55,186 bases of DNA, taken from positions 1 through 55,186 of the IMG/VR virus record IMGVR_UViG_3300030099_006009, one strand, 5' to 3'. Of the stretch, positions 1-7,840 are shown one piece after another (positions within the stretch are counted from its first letter, which is position 1; each line of letters starts with the position of its first letter). Both the position numbers and the translations under genes were made by a program. The notes beneath the pieces are model-generated. The model had not been told where the DNA came from and made no database searches. It saw nothing but the letters and a program-made list of their open reading frames with translations. This stretch comes from a virus. Taxonomy: Duplodnaviria > Caudoviricetes.

Positions 1-298
1 ATGTTGCACCACCATATTCAAGTTCGTAACTTACTGAGATTTTTTTTCCAGGTGTTTTACCTTCTTTTCTCGCACAAATCACACCACCACCAAATTGAGT
101 TGCAAGTGCCGATGAAAATAAATAACCACGAGAGTCTATACCAACCCAATAATCAGGATTTCTAACTCTTCTACCCATATCAACTATGGCTTCTAAAAAC
201 ATTTGTTGATCTGCCAGTAATGGTGATATGTCTTTAAAATTTACACCTTTAATTGGAAAGTCTGGTACTTCTTTTATAAATCTTTTATACCCATCCAT
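1..298 (-). CDS. apt: Adenine phosphoribosyltransferase (3'-truncated by window edge; not in ORF track)
   Basis: Manual translation MDGYKRFIKEVPDFPIKGVNFKDISPLL...GIDSRGY...ARKEGKTPG...SYELEYG matches the APRT motifs PDFP-G-FKDI-PLL, GxxSRG, RKxGKxPG and YxLEYG. Confidence 0.92.
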   Translation of the reverse strand, partial: MDGYKRFIKEVPDFPIKGVNFKDISPLLADQQMFLEAIVDMGRRVRNPDYWVGIDSRGYLFSSALATQFGGGVICARKEGKTPGKKISVSYELEYGGAT

Positions 299-1010
299 GA
301 GCTTCACTCCATAATTTAGTTGTTTTTGGAAACACTTCTTTCATTTGTTTTAACAATACTTTAGCATACTCCTGTATTTCCCATTGCGATGTCTTTTCAT
401 TTCTTAATTCGATAAAATTCATCACGGCTTGAAAAGATGCTGTCCAATATACTTCTGTATATTGTGATAAGGGTAAGACTACCCTGGCTTGTTCTTTAGC
501 CACACCTACATCTATCAAACTTTCATAATACATCTTAACTTGTTTCATAAGTGAATGATACATATGGTCTGGTCTAGGATCAACTATCTCGGTGCCATCT
601 TCCTTAACAAACATGACCTGACCTTCACTTGCCTGTTTATTATCTTCTGATTGTTTTCTCCAAACATCAGGAACATAAAAATCCTCAACCTCTACATATC
701 TACCACTTATCTCGTTCCAAGCATGGTCTTTCGCGGATGAGTTAGATGTAGTCTCAATACCAACCACATGTTTGTACCATTGTCTCATTACAAACTCTGG
801 TGCTTTGATATGAAACTGAACTTGTAGATGTCTGAATGGAGAATAGTGTTTGTGTTTTGCCAAATAACGAACTAATCTTTCATCTGACTTGTCCCACTTT
901 TCTTTTCTTTTACCAAATGATACACGAGCAGAATTAACTACGGTCAAATCATTACCGAGTGAATCAACGACCTCTATGAAACCCTTGTCCAAAACATCGG
1001 ATTTAATCAT
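285..1010 (-). CDS. thyX: FAD-dependent thymidylate synthase
   Basis: VNSARVSF, KHYSPF, NEISGRY, AKEQARVVLP, LRN..SQWEIQ motifs of ThyX. Confidence 0.95.
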   Translation of the reverse strand: MIKSDVLDKGFIEVVDSLGNDLTVVNSARVSFGKRKEKWDKSDERLVRYLAKHKHYSPFRHLQVQFHIKAPEFVMRQWYKHVVGIETTSNSSAKDHAWNEISGRYVEVEDFYVPDVWRKQSEDNKQASEGQVMFVKEDGTEIVDPRPDHMYHSLMKQVKMYYESLIDVGVAKEQARVVLPLSQYTEVYWTASFQAVMNFIELRNEKTSQWEIQEYAKVLLKQMKEVFPKTTKLWSEAHGWV

Positions 1011-1153
1011 CTACCTTGTCCTCTGTATTTTTTCTTAAATCTCTTTGAACCAACTTTTGTACTAAACTTTGTACCTCGGCCTTGTCCTTGTCTTGTTTTC
1101 TTTTTGGCTTTGGTTACTCTTTCAGCACCAAAACCACCTTTAGCTTTTGCCAT
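1007..1153 (-). CDS. 48-aa highly basic peptide ending KKKYRGQGR (not in ORF track)
   Basis: Manual translation MAKAKGGFGAERVTKAKKKTRQGQGRGTKFSTKVGSKRFKKKYRGQGR; GAGG RBS upstream; stop overlaps the thyX ATG (ATGA). Confidence 0.8.
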   Translation of the reverse strand: MAKAKGGFGAERVTKAKKKTRQGQGRGTKFSTKVGSKRFKKKYRGQGR

Positions 1154-1234
1154 ATAACCTCTTATTTTTTATTTATTTTACCGAAATTTAGTTTGGGTGA
1201 ACCTACTCTTCTTTTCAGTTCTAATAACGAAATA

Positions 1235-1621
1235 TCACCCACCAAAGACTTTTTTCTTTTCGCCGTGGTACTCGTAGGCATGTCCATTCTCCTTTAATAA
1301 TTCATTAACTGACTTCTCGTGTCCTTTAACGAATATCTCTCCGAGAACACGACCATACTTACCTTTACCGTGTGATATGATACTGAACTTACCCTCGTCT
1401 GAATTTTCTAACAGGTCTTTAACATATGCTTTTGCTTCCAAACCTTTAGCTTTTTCCTCTAAGTCTCTTGTCCTCGATTCCCAAGTATCTACACCATAAA
1501 ATCTGATTCTATTTTTTACCCAAACATCAAATCCTAAATCTATCATTGCGTCACAAGTGTCACCATCGACAACCCTAACTAACTTACAACTATAACCATG
1601 TTTTTTTACTTGTTTACCCAT
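1235..1621 (-). CDS. Thermonuclease (SNase-fold) family protein
   Basis: VVDGDT, RFYGVDTWES, GKYGRVLG motifs. Confidence 0.88.
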   Translation of the reverse strand: MGKQVKKHGYSCKLVRVVDGDTCDAMIDLGFDVWVKNRIRFYGVDTWESRTRDLEEKAKGLEAKAYVKDLLENSDEGKFSIISHGKGKYGRVLGEIFVKGHEKSVNELLKENGHAYEYHGEKKKVFGG

Positions 1622-2018
1622 TACTATCTCCTAATTTATATCCATCTTGTTGCCATTTCGTAACTCCACCTTCAAGTAAATGTACATCTTCAAAACCCAT
1701 GTCTTGTAATAGTTTTCCACCTATTGCAGCACATAGACCAAGTCCACAAGTCATAACGACTTTTTTTGACCTGTCTTGTATTCTATTATCTTTAAAATCA
1801 TCCGGCACAGAAGCATCAGCTTTATAATATAAAGTTCCTAAAGAAATATTTATGGCACCATCGATCATTCCTCGAGCATCTACCTCTTCTTTGTCATTAA
1901 CATCTAAGATTACCATGTCTTCTTTATTTTCAATCATACTATTCAATTCGTCTGAATTTATTACATTTAATTCATTAACGGCATCTCCAACTATTGTATT
2001 GAAGTCTGTTTTGTTCAT
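1614..2018 (-). CDS. Rhodanese-like domain protein
   Basis: VILDV..G.IDGAINI, active-site loop CGLGLC, GFEDVHLLEGGVTKW. Confidence 0.88.
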   Translation of the reverse strand: MNKTDFNTIVGDAVNELNVINSDELNSMIENKEDMVILDVNDKEEVDARGMIDGAINISLGTLYYKADASVPDDFKDNRIQDRSKKVVMTCGLGLCAAIGGKLLQDMGFEDVHLLEGGVTKWQQDGYKLGDSNG

Positions 2019-2054
2019 TTTGTCCTCTTGGGTTTTTATTATTTAAATACTAAA

Positions 2055-2498
2055 TTAAATTTTTTTATTATTTAATTTATTTTTTGCTTTCTTTAAAACT
2101 TTCTTTTTCTTTTCGTGTCTTGCTAAAAGTATTTCCTCTTTAGTTCTACGTTTTGCTTTCTTTTTGGGTTTTATTTTGGTAGGTGGTAGTGTGCCTTTCA
2201 AATCTGACTGCTCCTTACCCTTATGAAAAACATTTCCATCCTTATCAACAAATTCATTCATAAAGTGCCAACCTGATGGACGACCTGTTTTAACTCTTGT
2301 GGGTTTACTTTGTTCAGGAAACATTTTGTTCATTCGAACCGTTAGGGCTCTACTACCCATAACAGATGTAGCCTCCACACCTACGTTACGAACTGGTTCG
2401 CCTGTTATCTTACAATCCATATATGGGATTCCATCAATAAAATAACCACCATTCATTTCAAATCTCCTTTCTTTGTTTTCTGGTTGTTTTTGTTTCAT
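2055..2498 (-). CDS. Hypothetical protein with Lys-rich C-terminal tail
   Basis: 147-aa ORF behind a sigma70-like promoter; GRPSGWHF..EFVDKDGNVFHKG core and a very basic tail. Confidence 0.75.
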   Translation of the reverse strand: MKQKQPENKERRFEMNGGYFIDGIPYMDCKITGEPVRNVGVEATSVMGSRALTVRMNKMFPEQSKPTRVKTGRPSGWHFMNEFVDKDGNVFHKGKEQSDLKGTLPPTKIKPKKKAKRRTKEEILLARHEKKKKVLKKAKNKLNNKKI

Positions 2499-2504
2499 AA
2501 CAAT

Positions 2505-2534
2505 AATATACTTTTAAATAACTATATAAGTCAA
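2505..2534 (-). promoter_or_regulatory. Sigma70-like promoter TTGACT-N18-TATATT
   Basis: Intergenic; same motif recurs at five other gene starts. Confidence 0.7.
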
Positions 2535-2539
2535 GTATT

Positions 2540-2821
2540 TTATTCATATTTTATTAACTCTATTTTGTTACCACTTGGATCTTCAATGTACTTACTTACA
2601 CTACCATCTCTGTGTTTTTTACCAACAACTTCCTCCACTTCGAATGCTATATGATAAGGATGCTCGTCTTCTGTAACTAATGCTAATTTAATATTGTCGA
2701 ACTGTAAAAATGCCCATGTATCGTCACTATATAAAATTCGACAATCGTAATTATCATGATACCAAGCAACAGATTCTTTAATATTATTTACTTGAATGGC
2801 AATATGATCAATTTTTTTCAT
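2540..2821 (-). CDS. VOC/glyoxalase family protein
   Basis: IDHIAIQV, HIAFEV, YIEDPSGNKIEL; start moved to MKKIDH. Confidence 0.88.
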   Translation of the reverse strand: MKKIDHIAIQVNNIKESVAWYHDNYDCRILYSDDTWAFLQFDNIKLALVTEDEHPYHIAFEVEEVVGKKHRDGSVSKYIEDPSGNKIELIKYE

Positions 2822-2990
2822 AAAATTCTGTGTCAATTATTTTCATACATACATACCAATCATTATCTTTTCGTAAAATAGTGTCGGCCAATCTCCATTG
2901 ACTCTTTAACTCTTCAGTAGAGAACGAAGTATTGACCGACACAACACCGAGAACGATATAACCATTATCTCCTACGGAGACTATTTTCAC
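2808..2990 (-). CDS. Hypothetical protein (60 aa)
   Basis: GTG start overlaps the hsp20 stop; fills the operon gap. Confidence 0.65.
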   Translation of the reverse strand: MKIVSVGDNGYIVLGVVSVNTSFSTEELKSQWRLADTILRKDNDWYVCMKIIDTEFYEKN

Positions 2991-3463
2991 TTGATTTTCA
3001 CGATGTTCTTCTTCGGTAGTTCGGGTTCTACTTTCGGAATTTCTACTGAAAGGATTCCATCCTTGAAATTAGCAGAGATATTATCTCCATCTAATAATTC
3101 CCCCAAGGTGAATGACCTTTTAAATGAAGAGTGTTTCAACTCTCTACGAAGCACTTTAGCTTTTGCTTCATCAAATACACCACGATGTTTCTCACCTGAT
3201 ATAGTTAGAGTTCCATCTTCTACTTCAACGTTTAAGTCCTTCTTATCAAGACCAGGAATCTCAGCAACTAAACCAACCTTATCATCGTATTCGTATACGT
3301 TGACTTTTGGATATGCTGAATTACTAAAAGGTGTAACTCCGACTTGTTCATTGATTTGTGGAAAAGATGTTGATACTATATCATCAAACATCTTATCGAA
3401 TGGTGTTAAAAATGATTCCCTATCGATTACAGGCAATCCTCTATGAAATGTGACTTTTGTCAT
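2987..3463 (-). CDS. Hsp20/alpha-crystallin small heat-shock protein
   Basis: PKVNVYE, AEIPGLDKKD, LTISGEK, FKRSFTL, ISANFKDGILSVEIPK. Confidence 0.95.
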   Translation of the reverse strand: MTKVTFHRGLPVIDRESFLTPFDKMFDDIVSTSFPQINEQVGVTPFSNSAYPKVNVYEYDDKVGLVAEIPGLDKKDLNVEVEDGTLTISGEKHRGVFDEAKAKVLRRELKHSSFKRSFTLGELLDGDNISANFKDGILSVEIPKVEPELPKKNIVKIK

Positions 3464-3533
3464 TGTACTACTCCTATGTTATTCATTTGAACTAACGACA
3501 TCCCACTTTGTGGCGATGTTCTTACCTATATAG

Positions 3534-3575
3534 TACAATAACTGTTCCAATAATTTTTTAATGACAATATGACAG
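3534..3575 (-). promoter_or_regulatory. Putative sigma54-type promoter (TGGAACA-N4-TTGTA) with upstream TGTCA-N4-TGTCA repeat
   Basis: Matches TGGCACG-N4-TTGCW spacing with 3 mismatches; lies upstream of hsp20. Confidence 0.5.
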
Positions 3576-3579
3576 AGTT

Positions 3580-3828
3580 TTATGGTTTATCTATGTCAAG
3601 GTATGACTCTTCGTCTTTCCACCATTCATACTGTTTATTTTGTAGTGTAGCTCTGAAAACAGATTCATACTCTTCATCGGACATAACTTTCCATAATTTA
3701 TCAAAAGAACTTTCCTCTATTCTTTTTCTACCAACAAAATACATTTTTGCTGCTTTTTTACCGTAACCAGAGTGTAACTCTGTTGTATCAACGATATTAT
3801 CATGTTTATCAATTAATACCCATCTCAT
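3580..3828 (-). CDS. Hypothetical protein
   Basis: 82-aa ORF with GGAG RBS. Confidence 0.7.
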   Translation of the reverse strand: MRWVLIDKHDNIVDTTELHSGYGKKAAKMYFVGRKRIEESSFDKLWKVMSDEEYESVFRATLQNKQYEWWKDEESYLDIDKP

Positions 3829-3838
3829 CTTTTGTCTC

Positions 3839-4261
3839 CTACTCGCTGTCTACAACCTCTACCTTTACAGAGTCTATTTTTTCGTGACCGTGGTCGTCTA
3901 TGTAACTGCCATAAATAGTTATGGTTGAATCTATAAATTCTTCCCAAACAGCAAAAACTATATGAGCATTACCATCTTCATCGGTCATACTTGACGGATT
4001 AACTAAATTAATCCGGTCATACCCAATTTGATAAATTTCTTTTGATTCCCATGATATGTGTTGAGCCCAACCACATTCCGTTGTGATGTCTAAAACTGAA
4101 TAGGTTTGTTGTAGGTTATGATTAAATTCTAATTGATATACACCACCAACCGATGGCAAAGTTGACGTTATTTCAAATACACACTCACAATCCTCTTCAA
4201 CTGCAACTGGATTTGAACAACCGATAACTAAAAAAACTAATGACAAAAATAACCTTATCAT
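3839..4261 (-). CDS. Putative lipoprotein
   Basis: Start moved to MIRLFLSLVFLVIG-C (GGAG RBS; hydrophobic signal plus lipobox-like Cys). Confidence 0.7.
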   Translation of the reverse strand: MIRLFLSLVFLVIGCSNPVAVEEDCECVFEITSTLPSVGGVYQLEFNHNLQQTYSVLDITTECGWAQHISWESKEIYQIGYDRINLVNPSSMTDEDGNAHIVFAVWEEFIDSTITIYGSYIDDHGHEKIDSVKVEVVDSE

Positions 4262-4263
4262 TG

Positions 4264-4482
4264 CTACTCCTTTTCTATTTTTACATCCTTCATTTTTATA
4301 ATCTTTAATTTGGTTTCCTCTAACCATTGTATCCACTCATCAATCTGAGTTATAATTTTAATCTTATTAACATCGTGATCTTCATTATCAAGTATTCTAT
4401 CTACCCATTTCTTTATCATAGCAAGATAACCTGACAACCATGTGGCAATTTCTTTTCTTTCTGTTTCCCAAACACTCATCAT
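4264..4482 (-). CDS. Hypothetical helical protein
   Basis: Start moved to MMSVWE, preceded by GGAG RBS. Confidence 0.7.
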   Translation of the reverse strand: MMSVWETERKEIATWLSGYLAMIKKWVDRILDNEDHDVNKIKIITQIDEWIQWLEETKLKIIKMKDVKIEKE

Positions 4483-4492
4483 ATTACTCCTA

Positions 4493-4522
4493 AAGTTAAC
4501 GCTAAATATCATTAATAGTCAA
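4493..4522 (-). promoter_or_regulatory. Sigma70-like promoter TTGACT-N18-TAACTT
   Basis: CTTGAC -35 as in the other copies; weaker -10. Confidence 0.5.
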
Positions 4523-4619
4523 GCACTTTGTAAACTATTTTTATTTTGTAAGAAGTGGTTATCGTCCACTTATTTACTAACGGAGTAAAGGATTGATCTT
4601 TTGAATTTTTTACTTTCAT
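4512..4619 (-). CDS. 35-aa micro-ORF MKVKNSKDQSFTPLVNKWTITTSYKIKIVYKVLDY
   Basis: Manual translation; GGTGAGGA RBS and TATTTATA motif upstream. Confidence 0.55.
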   Translation of the reverse strand: MKVKNSKDQSFTPLVNKWTITTSYKIKIVYKVLDY

Positions 4620-4636
4620 TTCCTCACCTATAAATA

Positions 4637-5227
4637 TCAAAATGAATATTCAAAACCTATTTTAGCCTTGTAGAACTGTTTACCTTGTAACTTAGAGATT
4701 TCTCCAAGATTGTATATTCGTATCTTATCAGTAAGTTTCCAGCTTACTTTAAATTTATCCTCAAACTCAAATGTATCTCTATCTTCTTCTTCGTTTGGTG
4801 GGAAGTATCCATCGAATGTAATCTCAACTTCTATCTTATCGTTATGATACTTTTTCTTTTTACTCATACCAAAAGATATGAATGTTACAAAATTTTGACT
4901 AAGAATATTATCTTCATCATTACGACTTGTAAATCCAAACGACCAATCTTTCCACTTACTTCGCCAGTCAATCTTTAGATACTTGACATTACGACTCTGT
5001 TTATTCATGTACTCAGGCTTGAAATATATTTGATTGTCTAGTTTCAACCAAATTAAATCATCAACATAAGGTTCACCAAGTTCCCTCTCCCATTGTCTAT
5101 TGACGTAAAAATTTTCATGATTTAATCCGACACTAATTTCATAGTCATCAGGATTAGGTTCGACATTGGCTGTCCTTGCCGCGAATGAACTGAATAACAT
5201 TACACCGGCTAATAAACTATCTAACAT
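4637..5227 (-). CDS. Putative small outer-membrane beta-barrel protein
   Basis: Signal-peptide-like N-terminus, alternating aromatic/hydrophobic strands, C-terminal beta-signal KAKIGFEYSF. Confidence 0.55.
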   Translation of the reverse strand: MLDSLLAGVMLFSSFAARTANVEPNPDDYEISVGLNHENFYVNRQWERELGEPYVDDLIWLKLDNQIYFKPEYMNKQSRNVKYLKIDWRSKWKDWSFGFTSRNDEDNILSQNFVTFISFGMSKKKKYHNDKIEVEITFDGYFPPNEEEDRDTFEFEDKFKVSWKLTDKIRIYNLGEISKLQGKQFYKAKIGFEYSF

Positions 5228-5349
5228 TACTTTAATCTCCGATTGAAAAACTCATCAATGAAACCTTTACCAACATACATAATTGTTATCCATAATGATA
5301 TTTCAAATACCTCTCCATATCCAAGATAATTTAAAGTCTCAATGTCCAT
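5227..5349 (-). CDS. 40-aa putative membrane micro-protein
   Basis: MDIETLNYLGYGEVFEISLWITIMYVGKGFIDEFFNRRLK; AGGAG RBS; TAATG overlaps on both sides. Confidence 0.65.
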   Translation of the reverse strand: MDIETLNYLGYGEVFEISLWITIMYVGKGFIDEFFNRRLK

Positions 5350-5495
5350 TACTTTCTCCTATCCGATTTTATACCGGCTTTTCTTTTCTCGTATTTTCTT
5401 TTTCGTGGTTTCTTTTTTCTTCTGTCTTCACCACTTCTTTTATCTATACCTATCCATCGTTTTAGTGTCTCTATTGCTTTCATGAATTTACTCAT
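5349..5495 (-). CDS. 48-aa Arg/Lys-rich peptide with two DRR motifs
   Basis: MSKFMKAIETLKRWIGIDKRSGEDRRKKKPRKRKYEKRKAGIKSDRRK; AGGAG RBS. Confidence 0.68.
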   Translation of the reverse strand: MSKFMKAIETLKRWIGIDKRSGEDRRKKKPRKRKYEKRKAGIKSDRRK

Positions 5496-5510
5496 TGTTT
5501 TCTCCTAGCT

Positions 5511-5717
5511 TTAAATTCCTAATATATCCTCATCTTTTTCTTGTTTTGGGTATTCTACAAACTTAGGTTTATAACCCACAGACTCTAATAAATATCTAAA
5601 TATCTTATTTAATGTAAATGAAATATGATAAAGACCATTTGAAAATAAATAAGACAAAAAAATAACCAATAACTTACCTATCTCATTAATTGATTGATGC
5701 TCTAGTTCTAACTTCAT
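5511..5717 (-). CDS. Hypothetical membrane protein
   Basis: Start moved to MKLELEHQ (TAATG overlap with the upstream micro-ORF); hydrophobic segment. Confidence 0.6.
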   Translation of the reverse strand: MKLELEHQSINEIGKLLVIFLSYLFSNGLYHISFTLNKIFRYLLESVGYKPKFVEYPKQEKDEDILGI

Positions 5718-5839
5718 TACGCCCAACCCATTATAACAAAATGAAAGTACAAATACCCTAATATTAACCAAACAAAACCTTTAAAATACTCCCACCTTAC
5801 GTCCGCTTCGGTTACACTTCTTTTTGATTTACTTTTCAT
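5717..5839 (-). CDS. 40-aa single-TM micro-protein
   Basis: MKSKSKRSVTEADVRWEYFKGFVWLILGYLYFHFVIMGWA; TAATG coupling at both ends. Confidence 0.65.
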   Translation of the reverse strand: MKSKSKRSVTEADVRWEYFKGFVWLILGYLYFHFVIMGWA

Positions 5840-5940
5840 TACCACTCTTCTCTTCTACCGAAATCATTCTTTTCGATTCTCTTTTTCAGATGTCTTTTAT
5901 ATTTCCAAAGAAATATTAACTTCTGTAACCTATCAACCAT
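5839..5940 (-). CDS. 33-aa basic micro-protein
   Basis: MVDRLQKLIFLWKYKRHLKKRIEKNDFGRREEW; overlaps the uvsE end and couples to the next ORF. Confidence 0.55.
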   Translation of the reverse strand: MVDRLQKLIFLWKYKRHLKKRIEKNDFGRREEW

Positions 5941-6871
5941 GTAGTTCAAGATACTTAGCAACAGCCAACTCCTTGTGTTTAGCCTCTACCATGATATCAA
6001 CATCATTACCATAAGTGTCAATATAATCGTAGACGTAATCAGAATGGGCTTGAGGTCTAATTGATTCGTCAAGTCGTTCTTTACTCCGACTCTCGCTATA
6101 GTGTACAACTGGTGTGATACCCTCCGGCCAAGTTGATATAGCCAACTCCAAAGCCTCTTGTTCACTAAGCCCCCCATCACAAAAACGGTGGTGATGGTAG
6201 TCGAACACAATGGGCACGCCAATTCTACTGTATACTCCATGATATAACTCCTTAACTGAATACATACTTGATTTATCATCATTCTCTACCGTCAAACGAG
6301 ACTTAACTCTATCCGGTAGTCTTTCAAAATTTTTACAAAACCTTTCCATTGATTTTGGTTTGTCACCATAAGCACCACCGATGTGAATATTAATTTTGTT
6401 GTATGGTGTTCTACTGAGATTCATCATATCAAATGTATCGCCATGCATCGTCAAGTCACCAACACAATTTTCAACAACATGTTCGTGTGGCGAAGTCAAT
6501 ACATTGAAAGGACCTGGATGAGATGTAATCCTAACACCATGTGTATCTACCTTAACACCAGCAGAATGTAAATATCTTTTAATCCACTTCAAATCTTTTA
6601 AGTCTTCCCATTCATACTCCGACTTCCAAGGTGCAAGTCCACTAGTAATACGAAAAAACTTATAACCATTTAAAATGTTCCAATCGATAATTTTATCTAA
6701 GTCCATGGCATTTGCCAGTGCAAGTTCACTCGCATAATCCACACCTTTGGACTCAAACGTTCTCTTAATCATACTACGACCTGTAGTGATTGGTTTAACT
6801 CCCTTTTCTTTACCACCCCACTTTTGTGGATATGATAATTGCATGTTTATACACGCATAACCTATGTTCAT
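5933..6871 (-). CDS. uvsE: UV damage endonuclease (UVDE)
   Basis: IGYACIN, FFRITS, HPGPFNVL, INIHIGG, LTVENDD, VFDYHHH, VHYSES, AHSD, MVEAKHKE. Confidence 0.95.
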   Translation of the reverse strand: MNIGYACINMQLSYPQKWGGKEKGVKPITTGRSMIKRTFESKGVDYASELALANAMDLDKIIDWNILNGYKFFRITSGLAPWKSEYEWEDLKDLKWIKRYLHSAGVKVDTHGVRITSHPGPFNVLTSPHEHVVENCVGDLTMHGDTFDMMNLSRTPYNKINIHIGGAYGDKPKSMERFCKNFERLPDRVKSRLTVENDDKSSMYSVKELYHGVYSRIGVPIVFDYHHHRFCDGGLSEQEALELAISTWPEGITPVVHYSESRSKERLDESIRPQAHSDYVYDYIDTYGNDVDIMVEAKHKELAVAKYLELHG

Positions 6872-7179
6872 AATAAGTTACTCCATCTTTTTAATTTTTT
6901 CTTTTTAACTTCTACTCTTTCGTAGACATCTTCCCAACTTATAAGGTCATATTCATGCATCAATTCCATCATACACACAACATCACCAACCTCTTTGATG
7001 AGTTTTTCATTGTCATGGTAATTATCACACCTTATAGCTTTACTACATTGTTGTATAAGTTCACCACACTCTTCCATAGTAATGGTCATTAATTCTTGTA
7101 GTTGATCTTCCATTTCATGTTTTTTATCTTTTAATTCCATAGCCATCCCCTCTATCCAATTGCTTGGTTTTTTTTTCAT
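6868..7179 (-). CDS. MazG-like NTP pyrophosphohydrolase
   Basis: EECGEL...EVGDV acidic motif. Confidence 0.75.
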   Translation of the reverse strand: MKKKPSNWIEGMAMELKDKKHEMEDQLQELMTITMEECGELIQQCSKAIRCDNYHDNEKLIKEVGDVVCMMELMHEYDLISWEDVYERVEVKKKKLKRWSNLL

Positions 7180-7805
7180 TCCATCACCCAGCCTTGATTT
7201 AAAAGAGTTTGTGCCTTCTTGTATTTTAATACTTTAACTGCATCATCTTTTTTGATAGTAACTAATTGATTACGACCTATTTTCTTTTCAACTTGGACAG
7301 TAGTATCTACTTTTCTATCCATACATACAACACCGTTGAGATGGTCGATTTCATGTTGAACACAGACAGACTCCAAGGTTCTTAACTCTGCATCTTGTTT
7401 TTTACTTCGTTGTTTTTCCCAACTACCTTTAGTGTCGGTAGGTGTTTCTGCTCCACTAAAATACCAATCACTTTCTGATTGTTCTGTGGATATAATCACA
7501 TCTCTGTATCGTTTGGTGTGTACTCCTTTGCCTGGATAAGATAAACAACCCTCGTAAAAAGGTATTTCATTTTCTTTTGAAATGATTTTCGGATTGATGA
7601 GTACCAAAGGTTCACGAACATTGACAACGGCCACTTGTGCATCAATACCCACTTGATTAGCTGCCAACCCAATACCGTCCCCTCTTTTGTTAAGTATCTG
7701 AAATAGTTCTGTTGCGATAGATAGTCCTTCTTCAACTGAGACCTCACGAAGTTTTTTGTTTATAATAGGGTTGTGTTCTTTTATACAATTAATTACTTTC
7801 TTCAT
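7176..7805 (-). CDS. def: Peptide deformylase
   Basis: GIGLAANQVG, EGCLS and QHEIDHLNG all intact. Confidence 0.95.
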   Translation of the reverse strand: MKKVINCIKEHNPIINKKLREVSVEEGLSIATELFQILNKRGDGIGLAANQVGIDAQVAVVNVREPLVLINPKIISKENEIPFYEGCLSYPGKGVHTKRYRDVIISTEQSESDWYFSGAETPTDTKGSWEKQRSKKQDAELRTLESVCVQHEIDHLNGVVCMDRKVDTTVQVEKKIGRNQLVTIKKDDAVKVLKYKKAQTLLNQGWVME

Positions 7806-7811
7806 ACTATT

Positions 7812-7840
7812 AATATACGAAGAAATAATGTATATGTCAA
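7812..7840 (-). promoter_or_regulatory. Sigma70-like promoter TTGACA-N17-TATATT
   Basis: Near-consensus, directly upstream of def. Confidence 0.75.

Noticed and set aside
1175-1241. Selenocysteine or readthrough at the SNase TGA, or an RNA element formed by TGGGTGA/TCACCCA
   Set aside because: Only a 7-bp stem with a long unstructured loop, no SECIS-like geometry, and the protein is complete at the stop.
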